From Zygnema circumcarinatum SAG 698-1b (Eukaryota > Plantae > Zygnematophyceae), in assembly GCA_037447605.1 (NCBI GenBank), contig JBBHKD010000050.1, positions 1 to 9,261 of the forward strand: 9,261 nucleotides of DNA. Direction: 5' to 3'. The position numbers were made by a program, and so were the translations under genes. Positions 7,831 to 9,261 of this stretch are shown here, piece by piece (the stretch's first letter is position 1; every line of letters begins with the position of its first letter). Under the pieces are notes generated by a model. The model worked only from the letters and a program-made list of their open reading frames with translations. It was not told the DNA's origin and made no database searches.

Positions 7831-8049
7831 TTTATGGCGGTTTAAATTACGACCATCACATGTTCATCCTCTGTCCTTCTCAATGAAGCTGAGGCCTCCT
7901 TCTCATACCCTCAAGCGACCCGCTTCCCGTCAGCTGGCATTGGTAGCTCGCCAAGACTTCTCAGCGAACGTGATCACTAAATTACCCCCCTCTTACACAC
8001 CTGGCTAACCGGACGCGGAGATTACATTTCCCCGGCTAAGCGTTAATGG

Positions 8050-8270
8050 AGTACATCACCGATACAAGCGCTCTCTCTATAACCGTGGGCCAAGCTGAGC
8101 CGTCTCCAGAGAATCATCGCGACTACTCCCACCCGCCGTGGCCCCATCACTCCCATATAGGTTGCCGTGGAAACGGATCGAGTGGTCTTTCAGGCGTGTC
8201 CGGCGCGTGGAGAACATCTGCTGTCGCCACGTATTGGGAAGCACTACGAATGATCAACCGGGGCCGCTTG
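8050..8270 (-). pseudogene. pol: Degenerate Copia aspartic protease region
   Basis: LIIRSASQYV at ~8258-8228 resembles WIIDSGASxHM and is followed by QQMFST; it lies between the CCHC knuckle and the pre-integrase domain. The catalytic D is not intact. Confidence 0.5.
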
Positions 8271-8479
8271 GATCTGATTGCGGATGCTTTACGTAAGTAG
8301 AACAGCCCGGACGCTGGCGGCCATGTCGGGTTGGTCTCATTGACCCTGCTGCATTGGGTATGGCGGCCTCGCTTCGCTTTGCGCCCCGGCCAGTCCTTGA
8401 AGCCTTTCTTCTCGCTGGCAGAATGCCGGCGCGCCTCCTCACTCCCGATCTTGGGGACTCTTGTTCTTATGCTTGATCT

Positions 8480-9050
8480 GCTTGCGGTAGTGGCCGATCT
8501 TACCACACGTGTAACCGCAGCTCCTTGGTCGTTCTCCACCTGGTCGACTTCGGCGCGCCTCCTCGCCGGTGCTGGCCGTGGAGTAGAGGCGCTAGCACCT
8601 TCTCCTCGGTGCTCGGTGTGCTGGGCGGTGTGTCCACTCTCTTGATCTCAAACTTTACTTGCTCAGGGTCATCTTCCAGTTTGTTAAAGGACGGTCCTAA
8701 GCGGCGCGGCTGCTTACATCAAATGCGGTCAACCCCCTAAAACTGGGCTGATCTTTATGAATTCGCTCTCTACCTTTGTTTTAAACAGAGCTGTGAACCT
8801 CTCCATCAAGGTATCAGAGCGGGCCATATATTCACTTTCGGTTTCTCAATAAAGAAATTAATACTTCATCTTCCCAAACGCGTGTAGAACTCAGCTATCA
8901 GTAACGTTGTCGCTTTACATCCTTACACGTCTCTTCTAAGCACCTCCACATAGCATGTGAGGTCTTGAGATCATACAGCATGGACGAAGGACTTCCCCTC
9001 ACACTCATGACGATCTGGGTGAGTGTAACAGCTGAAAACCGCCTCTTCAG
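8480..9050 (-). pseudogene. gag: Copia gag (UBN2-like region and CCHC zinc knuckle), frameshifted
   Basis: TLTQIVMSV...LYDLKTSHAMWRCLEET (~9030-8930), LLIAEFY..GKMK, ETESEYMARSDTLMERFTAL (~8845-8790), GL..FD (~8735-8718), CGYTCGKIGHYRK (8519-8481). The gag start is probably nearer 9200 but could not be located. Confidence 0.85.
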
Positions 9051-9107
9051 CCTGCGCGGAATCACACACCAGCACTCAGCAAAACAGAGTTCAGATTGAG
9101 AGGGATC

Positions 9108-9122
9108 GAGAGAGAGAGAGAG
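9108..9122 (+). repeat. (GA)7 microsatellite
   Basis: GAGAGAGAGAGAGAG. Confidence 0.8.
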
Positions 9123-9261
9123 CTTCAGAGTGGGGAGCAGCCCGGGGTGGGCGTGCAACATTATCGCCGTGCGTTGGTTGGGTGACGGCAGTTACCCTCG
9201 CCCAGCACCCCCGTTGAACCTCTGCGGCATGGAGGATTGGAAGCCCAGAAACATCCCAGCC

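Larger units (their letters stand above)
3910..9261 (-). mobile_element. Ty1/Copia LTR retrotransposon, near full length, heavily frameshifted; 5' LTR outside the window
   Basis: Domain order on the minus strand is gag, CCHC, protease, GAG-pre-integrase, integrase, SH3-like, RT, RNase H, PPT, LTR. Integrase before RT is diagnostic for Copia. The coding span of about 4.3 kb fits a Copia polyprotein. Confidence 0.93.

Noticed and set aside
4289-8740. The many plus-strand and LTR-internal ORFs in the track (e.g. 4521..4847, 5072..5380, 6707..7024, 8331..8645)
   Set aside because: They are antisense shadows of the Copia polyprotein or chance ORFs in GC-rich LTR sequence, with no recognisable motifs.
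8801-8820. Plus-strand ...CATCA AGGTATCAGAGC resembling an LTR end plus Met-PBS
   Set aside because: The opposite strand here encodes EYMARSDTLMERFTAL, which fits the Copia gag UBN2 region continuously on both sides, leaving no room for an LTR. The first PBS base is also A, not T. Treated as coincidence.

Overview
Eukaryotic, most likely plant, repetitive DNA made of nested or adjacent LTR retrotransposons, all on the minus strand. No intact host gene is supported. (1) 1-1293 is the 5' end of a probable Ty3/Gypsy element: a 5' LTR split by a 10-N assembly gap, a tRNA-iMet primer-binding site, and a frameshifted gag running off the window. (2) 2129-3064 is a 936-bp solo LTR of the same family, flanked by a GCACA target-site duplication. 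Both copies end 5'-...CCCCACTTATCT-3' instead of the canonical CA. (3) About 3910-9261 is a nearly full-length Ty1/Copia element (gag, CCHC knuckle, protease, integrase, SH3-like, RT, RNase H, PPT, 3' LTR) with very frequent frameshifts; its 5' LTR lies outside the window. The intervening target DNA (1294-2128 and 3070-3909) is unassigned and carries a 9-bp minisatellite, a cluster of CAACCA palindromes and a telo-box. Domain calls come from recognising motifs by eye in manual translations, not from database searches. The species cannot be determined from this window.
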